A stretch of DNA of 64,000 bases from Minisyncoccota bacterium (GTDB taxonomy: Bacteria > Patescibacteriota > Minisyncoccia > Phycocordibacterales > SBAW01): positions 1,104 to 65,103 of the forward strand of contig DASZRD010000007.1 in assembly GCA_035549255.1 (NCBI GenBank), in the 5' to 3' direction. The translations under genes were made by a program, and so were the position numbers. Positions 39,607-47,925 of this stretch are shown piece after piece (position 1 is the first letter of the stretch; each line of letters begins with the position of its first letter). Under the pieces are notes generated by a model. It saw only the letters and a program-made list of their open reading frames with translations. It had not been told where the DNA came from and ran no database searches.

Positions 39607-39972
39607 ATGTTGATTGACACGATCGTATCGCACCCTTACTCCGACCTTGTCGTACTCATGACCTTCTTCGGTGCGCTCTCGTTCGTCACCTTCCTGCGCG
39701 GCCTCCTCACAGGGCTGCCGCATCTCTTTACGATCAATGTGCATGCCGAGCACCTCGAGCACTCGCGCGTCTACGTCGTATGGGGCGTCCTGCTCCTAGC
39801 ATGGCTCTTCATGCTCTGGGAGGGCATCCGCGTCGTAACGGCCTTCTTCGAAGGACAGGTCCTCCCTGGCAACCTCACGGTCATCTGCTCAGTCTTGGGC
39901 CTTGTTGGCCTCGCGATACTTGCCTCGATGTTTATTCCGACGAAAAAGGCCGCCGGGAGCGGCGGCCATTAG
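39607..39972 (+). CDS. hypothetical 3-TM membrane protein
   Basis: Fills the gap between two minus-strand genes; three hydrophobic segments. Confidence 0.65.
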   Translation: MLIDTIVSHPYSDLVVLMTFFGALSFVTFLRGLLTGLPHLFTINVHAEHLEHSRVYVVWGVLLLAWLFMLWEGIRVVTAFFEGQVLPGNLTVICSVLGLVGLAILASMFIPTKKAAGSGGH

Positions 39973-39974
39973 CT

Positions 39975-41018
39975 CTATTTGACGAGGATATAGGTGCCGT
40001 CCTTGCCGCGCTTGAAATATTTCTGGTTCTGAAGATTGACGGCGATCGTACCCGGCTTTACATGGCGCTCCTTGAGCACCTTCTCGATGATCTGATCCCG
40101 CGTCATGGGGCCGTGCTCTCGCAGGACATTGCGGATCACGTCGCGCACGACGCCCGAGGCGTAGCCCCATTCCTTGAGCGCGTACATGCCGCGGCCGACA
40201 AGTACGAAGCGGTCGTCCTTGATCAATTCATTGTGGGTCGTCGCAACATGCGCCGCGCGGTGGAACATCTTCTCGATAAGCTGCGCCACTTCGCGGAAGT
40301 GGAGCGGGCTGCCGTGCTTCTTGACGGCAAGGTAGGCATAGTCGCGCACGCCCTTGGTCTTAACATTGGGCGATGCCGAGTGGCCCCACTCGCCCAGTGG
40401 GTTCTTGCCGATCTTCTTGCTGATCGAGAGCCAGCGCTTGAGTACTTCCTCATTTCGATGCTTGTCATTGATATCCTGGAGCTCTTTAAGAAAGCGGTCG
40501 ATCATCTCGCCCTCGGGAATGAGGTCTTCGTCGGAGAGGCCTTCATAGAGGCGCTTGAGCGCACCCTCAACCTGCTCGGCCAATCCCGGGTCGACATACC
40601 AGCAGCGCTCGACCTCGTCGTCCTCTTTGCGGTACTTGAATGGGTCGCCGAGTACGAGCAGAAAATAAATATTATTCTGCATGCTCGCATCCTTGGTAAT
40701 AAAATCGAGGAGGTCCTGCTCGCAGACAATACCGCCAAGAGAATCCACGATGCGCTCGAGCTCCTGGAAGGCGGACTTTGCCTCGTCGAAGGAAGGAGAC
40801 TTCTTGAGCGCGGCAAGGGCGTGATTCTCGATCTGGCGGACGCGCTCGCGGGTGATGCCCCAGCGCTTACCGATCGCTTCAAGCGTGACCTTCTCGGTCG
40901 AGGTGCCCAAACCAAAGCGAGCTTCAAGAACGGTGCGGGAGCGCTCCGGGAGCGAGGTGAGGAGCTTTTTGACGATCACCTTGGGCTTGAAGCCCGTCTT
41001 GTCCGCTGTCTGTGGCAT
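39975..41018 (-). CDS. sigma70 region-4 HTH + winged-HTH (HARE/RpoE-like) protein
   Basis: VLEARFGL..VTLEAIGKRWGITRERVRQIE; PLHFREVA, THNELIKDDRFVLVGRGMYALKEW. Confidence 0.8.
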   Translation of the reverse strand: MPQTADKTGFKPKVIVKKLLTSLPERSRTVLEARFGLGTSTEKVTLEAIGKRWGITRERVRQIENHALAALKKSPSFDEAKSAFQELERIVDSLGGIVCEQDLLDFITKDASMQNNIYFLLVLGDPFKYRKEDDEVERCWYVDPGLAEQVEGALKRLYEGLSDEDLIPEGEMIDRFLKELQDINDKHRNEEVLKRWLSISKKIGKNPLGEWGHSASPNVKTKGVRDYAYLAVKKHGSPLHFREVAQLIEKMFHRAAHVATTHNELIKDDRFVLVGRGMYALKEWGYASGVVRDVIRNVLREHGPMTRDQIIEKVLKERHVKPGTIAVNLQNQKYFKRGKDGTYILVK

Positions 41019-41056
41019 AAGTTATGTGTTCTAATATATCACACACTAATAGACTG

Positions 41057-43996
41057 TCAAATTGACGTTACCACGAAATTTATGACCTTGCCAGCAACAT
41101 ACACCGCCCGCTCCTCCTTGCCAAGGGCGAGCCATTTAGCCACATTTTGGTCGGCGCGGGCTGCCTGAAGCGCTTCTTCCTCCCCTATCCCCGACTGCAG
41201 CGCAATAGTCGCGCGCATCTTCCCGTTGACCTGCACGGCTACTTGTACTGTCGCAGCGACGATCTTGCTTTCGTCGTAGTGAGGCCATGGTTGCGCAGTC
41301 ACCTCGTCCTCAAAGCCAGCTTTCTCCCAAAGTTCGCTCGCAATATGCGGCGCCAAGGGTGCCAGCATGAGCAAAAGTGCTCGATAGGTTTCGTTCGGCA
41401 CGTCTTCCAGCTTCTCCAATTCGTTGAGCAAGATCATGAGAGAAGAAATAGCGGTGTTAAACTTGAGGTTCTCAATATCCTCGCCAACTTTTTTGACTGT
41501 TTGATGGAAAAGAGTAGTGAGTGGTGCAGCAGAAGAGTCCTGAAGGGGGCTCCGCAGCGCGACGGCGCGAGGACCGAGCGAATTTTCAGCAGAAAATTCG
41601 TGTACCCCTGAAGGGCTGCTTCTGCGGAACTCTCCAAGCTTCCATACCCGCTCCAAAAAGCGCCTTACGCCAATAATATTGGTGGTACTCCACGGCTTCA
41701 TAGCCTCTAAGGGCCCCATAAACATCTCGTAGAGCCTGAGCGTATCGGCGCCGTAGATCGCGATCACATCGTCGGGGTTGATGACGTTACCCTTACTTTT
41801 ACTCATCTTATTGCCATCTTCCGCCAAGATAATCCCTTGATGCCGGAGCTTGAGGAACGGCTCGCTAAAGTTGATAAGCCCGAACTTCTGGAGCACCTTG
41901 GTGAAAAAGCGCGCGTACATGAGGTGGAGCACCGTGTGCTCGGCGCCGCCGACATAGAGGTCGACCGGAAGCCACTTCTTGATCAGCTCCTTGCTCGCAA
42001 ATTCTTGAGCGTTGTGCGGGTCGGCGAAGCGGAAGTAGTACCACGAGGAGCAGACGAAGGTATCCATTGTATCGATCTCCGGCGTCCAGCCTTTGCCAAA
42101 AATCTTCTCCGTGCGCTCGAGCAGCTCTTTGCTCTGGCCTAAGGGCGAGGTACCCGTCGGCTTGAACTCGACATCAGTCGGCAGCATCCACGGCAAGTGT
42201 TCCTCCGGCACCGCATGCGGCGAGCCCTCAGGGTCGTACACGACCGGTATAGGCGCGCCCCAGTAGCGCTGACGCGAAATGAGCCAGTCACGCAAGCGAT
42301 AGGTCTTTACCATCTTCCCGCCTACCTTCTCGACAATTTTCTTCTTTGCTTCTTCGCTCTGGAGTCCGTCAAATTCTCCCGAATTAAAGAGGGTCCCATA
42401 GCCAGTATAGAAATTTTCCTCGGTTTTAATGCGATTCCATAAGACATCAAATTCTGCGTGTTGCAGCTTTGCTGCCACCACTTCTTCGGGAGAAAGCCAT
42501 ATAGCTTCGTGCTTCTCCTCTTCCTCGGGAGCAATAGGCTGACGCGTATCGTCGACCAGTTCGAACAAGAACATATAGTTATGCGCTTTGCGGTTGACGT
42601 TCTTATGGCCGGCAAAAAAATAGGCCTCCGATACGCCGAGCGGGCGAACAAGCCGCACGTTGGTGTAACCCGTCTCTTCCGCAATCTCGCGCCTGGCGGA
42701 TTCGGCCGGGTCTTCATCGCCTTCGATGCCGCCCGTCACAAAGCCGGTCCAGGGTTGCGTCTTCCATCGTAGGCAAAGATATTTGTTCTGTTTCGGGTCA
42801 AAGAGCACTGCCAGAATTATCCTACGGAATGTATTTTCTTTTCCTTCCTGCGGAGGATTTCGCTCATCGACAAACTTCTGCAAGATAACCTCCTTGATCG
42901 GCAGATTAAACTTTTTTGCAAACTGATAATCGCGCTCGTCGTGCGCCGGCACCGCCATGATGGCGCCCGTGCCGTAGCCGCCCAGCACGTAGTCAGCTAC
43001 GAAAATCGGAATCTCCTCGCCGTTGGCAGGATTGATCGCCTTAACTCCCTTGAGCTCGACGCCGGTCTTCTCCTTACCTTCCTCCTGACGCTCGAGGTCA
43101 GTCTTATTCTTCGCAGATTCGATATACGCTTCCGCCTCGCCTTTATTAAGTATTGCAGACGCAGATTTTGCCAGCTCTTCGGCAAGCCAGGGATGCTCCG
43201 GTGCCACAACAAGATACGTCGCACCGAAAATAGTATCCGCTCGCGTGGTGAAAACCGTTATCTTTTTCTTTCCGATCGGGTCAGTAGTGACTGAGAAATC
43301 TATCTCTGCGCCTTCCGAACGGCCGATCCAGTTGCGCTGCGCGATCTTTGTCGACTCGGGCCAATCGACTTGGTCAAGGTCGTCAACCAATTGATCGGCA
43401 AAGTCCGTGATCTTGAAGAACCATTGCTCGAGATCTTTCTGAATGACCGCCGTGCCGCAACGCTCGCAGCAGCCATTCACGACCTGTTCGTTAGCGAGCA
43501 CGGTCTGGTCCCTCGGGCACCAATTGACCTTAGCGCGGCGCTTCTCGGCCAAGCCGTTCTTGAAAAGGAAGAGAAAGAACCACTGTGTCCATTGGTAGTA
43601 CTCGGGCGTGTGTGTGCCGATCTCGCGCGACCAGTCATACGAGAGGCCGAGACTTTTAATCTGCGCGGTAAAATTCTTGATCGCGTCGTCAGTAGTCTTC
43701 TGCGGCGGGATGCCGGTCTTGATGGCGTAGTTCTCGGCCGGGAGACCAAACGCGTCCCAGCCCATCGGATGGAGCACGTTGTAGCCTTGCATCCGCTTGA
43801 AGCGGCTGTAGATGTCGGTTGCGGTGTAGCCCTCGACATGCCCAACATGGAGGCCCGCGCCGCTGGGGTACGGGAACATGTCTAATATATAGAGCTTCTC
43901 TTTATCGAAAGAGTCCGACGCTGCGAAGGCGTTATTCTCGGCCCACTTTTTCTGCCACTTCTTTTCGATTGCTTTGTGGTCGTACTTCGCAGCCAT
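41057..43996 (-). CDS. leuS: leucine--tRNA ligase with inserted Nudix domain
   Basis: MFPYPSGAGLHVGH, GTGAIMAVPAHDERD, DWLISRQRYWG, KMSKS. Confidence 0.97.
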   Translation of the reverse strand: MAAKYDHKAIEKKWQKKWAENNAFAASDSFDKEKLYILDMFPYPSGAGLHVGHVEGYTATDIYSRFKRMQGYNVLHPMGWDAFGLPAENYAIKTGIPPQKTTDDAIKNFTAQIKSLGLSYDWSREIGTHTPEYYQWTQWFFLFLFKNGLAEKRRAKVNWCPRDQTVLANEQVVNGCCERCGTAVIQKDLEQWFFKITDFADQLVDDLDQVDWPESTKIAQRNWIGRSEGAEIDFSVTTDPIGKKKITVFTTRADTIFGATYLVVAPEHPWLAEELAKSASAILNKGEAEAYIESAKNKTDLERQEEGKEKTGVELKGVKAINPANGEEIPIFVADYVLGGYGTGAIMAVPAHDERDYQFAKKFNLPIKEVILQKFVDERNPPQEGKENTFRRIILAVLFDPKQNKYLCLRWKTQPWTGFVTGGIEGDEDPAESARREIAEETGYTNVRLVRPLGVSEAYFFAGHKNVNRKAHNYMFLFELVDDTRQPIAPEEEEKHEAIWLSPEEVVAAKLQHAEFDVLWNRIKTEENFYTGYGTLFNSGEFDGLQSEEAKKKIVEKVGGKMVKTYRLRDWLISRQRYWGAPIPVVYDPEGSPHAVPEEHLPWMLPTDVEFKPTGTSPLGQSKELLERTEKIFGKGWTPEIDTMDTFVCSSWYYFRFADPHNAQEFASKELIKKWLPVDLYVGGAEHTVLHLMYARFFTKVLQKFGLINFSEPFLKLRHQGIILAEDGNKMSKSKGNVINPDDVIAIYGADTLRLYEMFMGPLEAMKPWSTTNIIGVRRFLERVWKLGEFRRSSPSGVHEFSAENSLGPRAVALRSPLQDSSAAPLTTLFHQTVKKVGEDIENLKFNTAISSLMILLNELEKLEDVPNETYRALLLMLAPLAPHIASELWEKAGFEDEVTAQPWPHYDESKIVAATVQVAVQVNGKMRATIALQSGIGEEEALQAARADQNVAKWLALGKEERAVYVAGKVINFVVTSI
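41529..41625. repeat. ~97-nt palindromic (cruciform) element translated in frame within leuS
   Basis: Outer inverted repeat GCAGAAG-AGTCCTGAAGGGG / CCCCTGAAGGGCTGCTTCTGC; inner perfect hairpin CGAATTTTC-AGCA-GAAAATTCG. Confidence 0.65.
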
Positions 43997-44033
43997 GTGC
44001 TATACAAAGTACCACACAATTGAGAATTGAAAA

Positions 44034-44969
44034 CTATTTATTGGTCGGCGGGAAGAAGTCCGGATCTATTGATCGCACGAAGCAGACTCTGCCACTGCCA
44101 TGCTGCCAATTTTGGTCGCCTCTCACGCCATATTCTGCCGGCGAAGCCGGGATTCTACTGTCAGTTGCGTAACTATCGCTCGAGAACGTCGCGCAGAGTT
44201 CAAACCCGAGATCCGCGTCCTTTATATATTCGTACTCTGCACCGGTGACCGGATCGACAGGGACGGTGTAATAGAGCGTCGGGTCTTTGAGTTGATCAAG
44301 TGTCGTCGGCAACGCCTGCTTCTGCTGATAGAACGACAATATTTCGCTTTGGAGGTTCTGCAAGTCGCTCACGCGCTGCTCGTCAATGCGGTACTGCCTC
44401 GCCTGCCATGGCGTACCGATGATAAAGAAGCCGGCTGCAATGGTACAGATGCCGACCAGCCCCACCGCGATCGCGACCGAGTTGGCGCGGCGAGGTTCTG
44501 CAGCCCAGTAGCCCCATACATCGGCGAGGAAGTGCATAAAGACGCCAGCGGCCACCAAAAGCACCACCGCAACCTTAAGGAGGAAGCGGGTCGTTATATC
44601 ATCACCCGAGAGAAATGCATGGAGGAGCGCTACCAAGTCGCCCAAGATCGTGAGGCCCGCGATAAAGATCGTAAGGTAGAGCGCCCAGCGTCGTACCCAG
44701 ATCTCGCCGCGCGAAGGGTCCTTGGCAATGAGGCTATGGATATAGCGCAAGAGGCCGATCGCCGCTGCGCCAAAGATGATGAATGCCGCCATCCAATAAC
44801 TCACGCCGGAGTCGTACGGGTTCGCATAGTAGTTATTGAGTGCATCGGGGAACGCGTAGTTGATGTAGCTAAAAAGAAGATTGATAAAAGCGATGATACT
44901 TATATAAAGAGTGATCACCGCCCCAGCCCAAAGAAAGAAGTCCTTCGGCGTTGTTTTTGAGGTATTCAT
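44034..44969 (-). CDS. DUF5671-like membrane protein
   Basis: TTPKDFFL, multiple TMs, RRWALYLTIF, DEQRVSDLQ..., DPVTGAEYEY, FELCATF. Confidence 0.75.
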   Translation of the reverse strand: MNTSKTTPKDFFLWAGAVITLYISIIAFINLLFSYINYAFPDALNNYYANPYDSGVSYWMAAFIIFGAAAIGLLRYIHSLIAKDPSRGEIWVRRWALYLTIFIAGLTILGDLVALLHAFLSGDDITTRFLLKVAVVLLVAAGVFMHFLADVWGYWAAEPRRANSVAIAVGLVGICTIAAGFFIIGTPWQARQYRIDEQRVSDLQNLQSEILSFYQQKQALPTTLDQLKDPTLYYTVPVDPVTGAEYEYIKDADLGFELCATFSSDSYATDSRIPASPAEYGVRGDQNWQHGSGRVCFVRSIDPDFFPPTNK

Positions 44970-45011
44970 AATGGGCTTATTCTACCCTTCTTTTGACGTG
45001 CTGGGGATAAC

Positions 45012-45040
45012 TTGACTTTTAAACAAAATGGGTGTATAAT
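45012..45040 (+). promoter_or_regulatory. consensus sigma70 promoter
   Basis: TTGACT-17nt-TATAAT. Confidence 0.7.
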
Positions 45041-45077
45041 TCAAAATGAAGTTAGGCTGAACCTTGGGAGATTGAAA

Positions 45078-45287
45078 ATGACGCACACTTCGCAGCCGCT
45101 CGGCTATCAATCGTACGGATACGGAGAACATGATCAAGGCCAGCAGAGCATGAAGATGTCTCAAAAGACACTGATTGCCTTGATCATCGCTCTTGCGATC
45201 GTCTGTGTGGTACAGGTCGTCAACGAGGTGCAGACTGCGATCGGCGACGCCGCCGGCAATGCGATCGTCGCTTTCCTGCCCCATTAA
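45078..45287 (+). CDS. small single-TM hypothetical protein
   Basis: GGGAG SD, own promoter and terminator; TLIALIIALAIVCVV helix. Confidence 0.6.
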   Translation: MTHTSQPLGYQSYGYGEHDQGQQSMKMSQKTLIALIIALAIVCVVQVVNEVQTAIGDAAGNAIVAFLPH

Positions 45288-45304
45288 TCATGGCGGCAGG
45301 AATC

Positions 45305-45346
45305 AAAAAACGCCGCGGATCCTTCGGGACCGCGGCGTTTTCTTTT
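45305..45346. terminator. bidirectional intrinsic terminator
   Basis: AAAACGCCGCGGaTCC-TTCG-GGACCGCGGCGTTTT between convergent genes. Confidence 0.8.
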
Positions 45347-46290
45347 TATCCGTGGAGAAATTCGGCGACGTCACCATCCCTGAAAATATATTCTTTCCCT
45401 TCGGTGCGGATCCAACCGAGATCGCGCGCTTTGCTCCAGCTTCCCGCCTCGAGCAATTTGTCCCAGGCGATCACCTCTGCACGGATGAACTTTGTTTCAA
45501 AATCTGTGTGGATTGCAGCGCCCGCTTTGGGTGCCGCGCTGCCGCGTACGATAGTCCACGCGCGCGTTTCATCTTTGCCTGTCGTAAAGAAGCTGATAAG
45601 GCCGAGTAAATCGTAGCCGCCTTTAATAAGCGCATTGACCCCATCGTCGAAGACGCCGTATTCCTGGCGGAATTGCTGTTTGTCATCGGTATGGAGGTCG
45701 CGTAGCTCGTTCTCGACATTAGCATCGACGACAACCCATTTGGCATTTGTCTGTTCAAAAAATTCCATCAAGCGGTCCCAGCGCGCATCCTTCATCTCGT
45801 CGAGGTTATGGCCGCCACTCTCTTTATTAAGTACATAGAGGACCGGCTTTTTGCTGATTAAATTTTCTTTTTTATCAATATCAGCGAGCTCAAGCTCGGT
45901 ATTAATGAGTTCAATGTCGTGGAGCGGATCGATCGTATTTTCTACCTGCGCCACATTCGGATTCTCAAAGATGCGCACAACATGTGCGATCGCATCTACC
46001 TCGCGAATATGCTGGAGGAATTGATTCCCCAACCCTTCGCCTTCGCTCGCCCCTTTTACAAGTCCCGCGATATCGACAAACTCTACGGCCGCCGGGATAT
46101 CCTTTGCCGATTGCGAGAGTGCGGCCAACTTCTCGCGCCGAGCATCGGGCACGGCAACGACGCCGACCGAAGGGTCGATCGTTGCGAAAGGATAATTGGC
46201 GATAAGCACCCTCTTTTTCGTAAGAGCCTGGAAGAGCGTCGACTTCCCTACATTCGGGAGCCCGACAATGCCGATGCTTAATTTAGCCAT
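45346..46290 (-). CDS. ychF: ribosome-binding ATPase YchF (internally shortened)
   Basis: GIVGLPNVGKST, NYPFATI, DIAGLVKGASEGEGLGN, TGS domain AWT..IHTDF. Confidence 0.95.
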   Translation of the reverse strand: MAKLSIGIVGLPNVGKSTLFQALTKKRVLIANYPFATIDPSVGVVAVPDARREKLAALSQSAKDIPAAVEFVDIAGLVKGASEGEGLGNQFLQHIREVDAIAHVVRIFENPNVAQVENTIDPLHDIELINTELELADIDKKENLISKKPVLYVLNKESGGHNLDEMKDARWDRLMEFFEQTNAKWVVVDANVENELRDLHTDDKQQFRQEYGVFDDGVNALIKGGYDLLGLISFFTTGKDETRAWTIVRGSAAPKAGAAIHTDFETKFIRAEVIAWDKLLEAGSWSKARDLGWIRTEGKEYIFRDGDVAEFLHG

Positions 46291-46349
46291 GCGATTAGAA
46301 TATACCGTATTATTGACAGGATGTGAAGAAACTGTTAATTTAAGGGCAC

Positions 46350-47921
46350 ATGATAAACCGGATTTTGTACAGGGTGCTTGGCCTTTTTCGCCATGTCTGG
46401 AGCGCAGTCTCGGCTTTCTTCCGCAGGCTCGGGCTCAAGAAATCGCTCATAGGCGCTGGGGTGCTTCTGGTTATTCTTGCAGGCTCTCTCGCCTTTTTGC
46501 GCGGCAGCGCTCCGGTTGCCGCGCCGGACACTGCGACGCCGAGCGTCACTGTTGCGACCGTCGCGGAGCTTTCCCAATCGGGCACGTCGCTCACGGTAGC
46601 GGGCACCGTAGAATCCCAATCTGAAGCGACAGTGCGCGCGCAGAAGTCTGGCGAAATAACGACGGTCTATCACTCGCTCGGCGACAGCGTCGCCGCGGGG
46701 GCGGTCATCGCCGAATTTGAAGACTCCTCCGAGCGCGCGGCCGTGCTTCAGGCACAGGGCGCAGTCGATGCGGCGACAGCCGCTGCGGCGACTTCGCAGA
46801 CCGGCCTCGCCGGTGCTAAGGCAAGCATGGTAACGACGCTCCTCTCCGCTTATGCCGCGGTCGATAACGCGGTGCCAGGCGGCATTGACGCGATGTTCTC
46901 CAATCCTACGAGCAACGCGCCGATCCTCAGCGCGCAGAGCACCAACTCTCAGGCGCGCGTTGACGCGCAGAATGACCGCGTCTCTCTCGATGCGGCGCTC
47001 GCGCGCGAACAGGGCCGCACATCGACCCTGAGCGTGAATGATGACCTCGCGGCGGAGGCTGCCACGACCGAGAGCGAGCTCACGAGCGTGCGCAATTTCC
47101 TTGATACGCTGATCGTAGCGCTTAACGCCGGCATTGCTACGCAGAATACCTCGCAGTCGGCGATCGATTCCTATAAAGCCATCGCAACCGGTGCGCGCGC
47201 CTCTATCAATGCCTCCCTCTCGACCATCATCGGCGCAGCACAGGCGCTCCAGGTCTCGACGCAGTCGAGCGCTACTGGCAACGGCGCCATTTCCGCAAGC
47301 CAGGCGGCGCTCACCCAGGCGCAGGGCGCGCTTGCCGCGGCCCGCGCGCAGCTCGAGAAGGCGATCATCCGCGCGCCGATCTCGGGCACGATCAACTCGC
47401 TTGACCTCACGCAGGGCGATTATGTGAATGCCGCACAGGCGGTCGTAACGATTGCAAATAATCACGCGCTCAAGATAGTGGCGTATGTGACACAGGATGA
47501 CGCACAGAACCTTAGCGTCGGCTCGAAAGCAGCGATCGAGGGCGCCGCAAGCGGCGTCGTGACCCAGATCGCTCCGGCGGTCGACCCGACGACCAAGAAA
47601 ATCGAAGTCGACATCGGCATTACTGACAACACAGGGCTCGTCAACGGCCAGTCGGTCTCCGTGCAATTTACTTCATCTGCGCATCCCGCTACTGCAGCGC
47701 CGACGCGCCTTATGATCCCGCTTACGGCCCTCAAGATCACCGCAGACGGCATGAATGTCTTTACGGTCTCTGCCTCGAACACGCTTGAGGCGCATGCGGT
47801 TACGATCGGCGAGCTGCTCGGCGACCGCGTCGTCATCGCGCAGGGCGTAACGCCCGACATGGTAATCGTCACTGATGCCCGGGGGCTGCGCGACGGCCAG
47901 GAAGTAACCGTTCGGCAATAA
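46350..47921 (+). CDS. RND efflux membrane-fusion/adaptor protein
   Basis: N-terminal TM, long coiled hairpin, IIRAPISGTI lipoyl half-motif, AVDPTTK. Confidence 0.85.
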   Translation: MINRILYRVLGLFRHVWSAVSAFFRRLGLKKSLIGAGVLLVILAGSLAFLRGSAPVAAPDTATPSVTVATVAELSQSGTSLTVAGTVESQSEATVRAQKSGEITTVYHSLGDSVAAGAVIAEFEDSSERAAVLQAQGAVDAATAAAATSQTGLAGAKASMVTTLLSAYAAVDNAVPGGIDAMFSNPTSNAPILSAQSTNSQARVDAQNDRVSLDAALAREQGRTSTLSVNDDLAAEAATTESELTSVRNFLDTLIVALNAGIATQNTSQSAIDSYKAIATGARASINASLSTIIGAAQALQVSTQSSATGNGAISASQAALTQAQGALAAARAQLEKAIIRAPISGTINSLDLTQGDYVNAAQAVVTIANNHALKIVAYVTQDDAQNLSVGSKAAIEGAASGVVTQIAPAVDPTTKKIEVDIGITDNTGLVNGQSVSVQFTSSAHPATAAPTRLMIPLTALKITADGMNVFTVSASNTLEAHAVTIGELLGDRVVIAQGVTPDMVIVTDARGLRDGQEVTVRQ

Positions 47922-47925
47922 TCCC

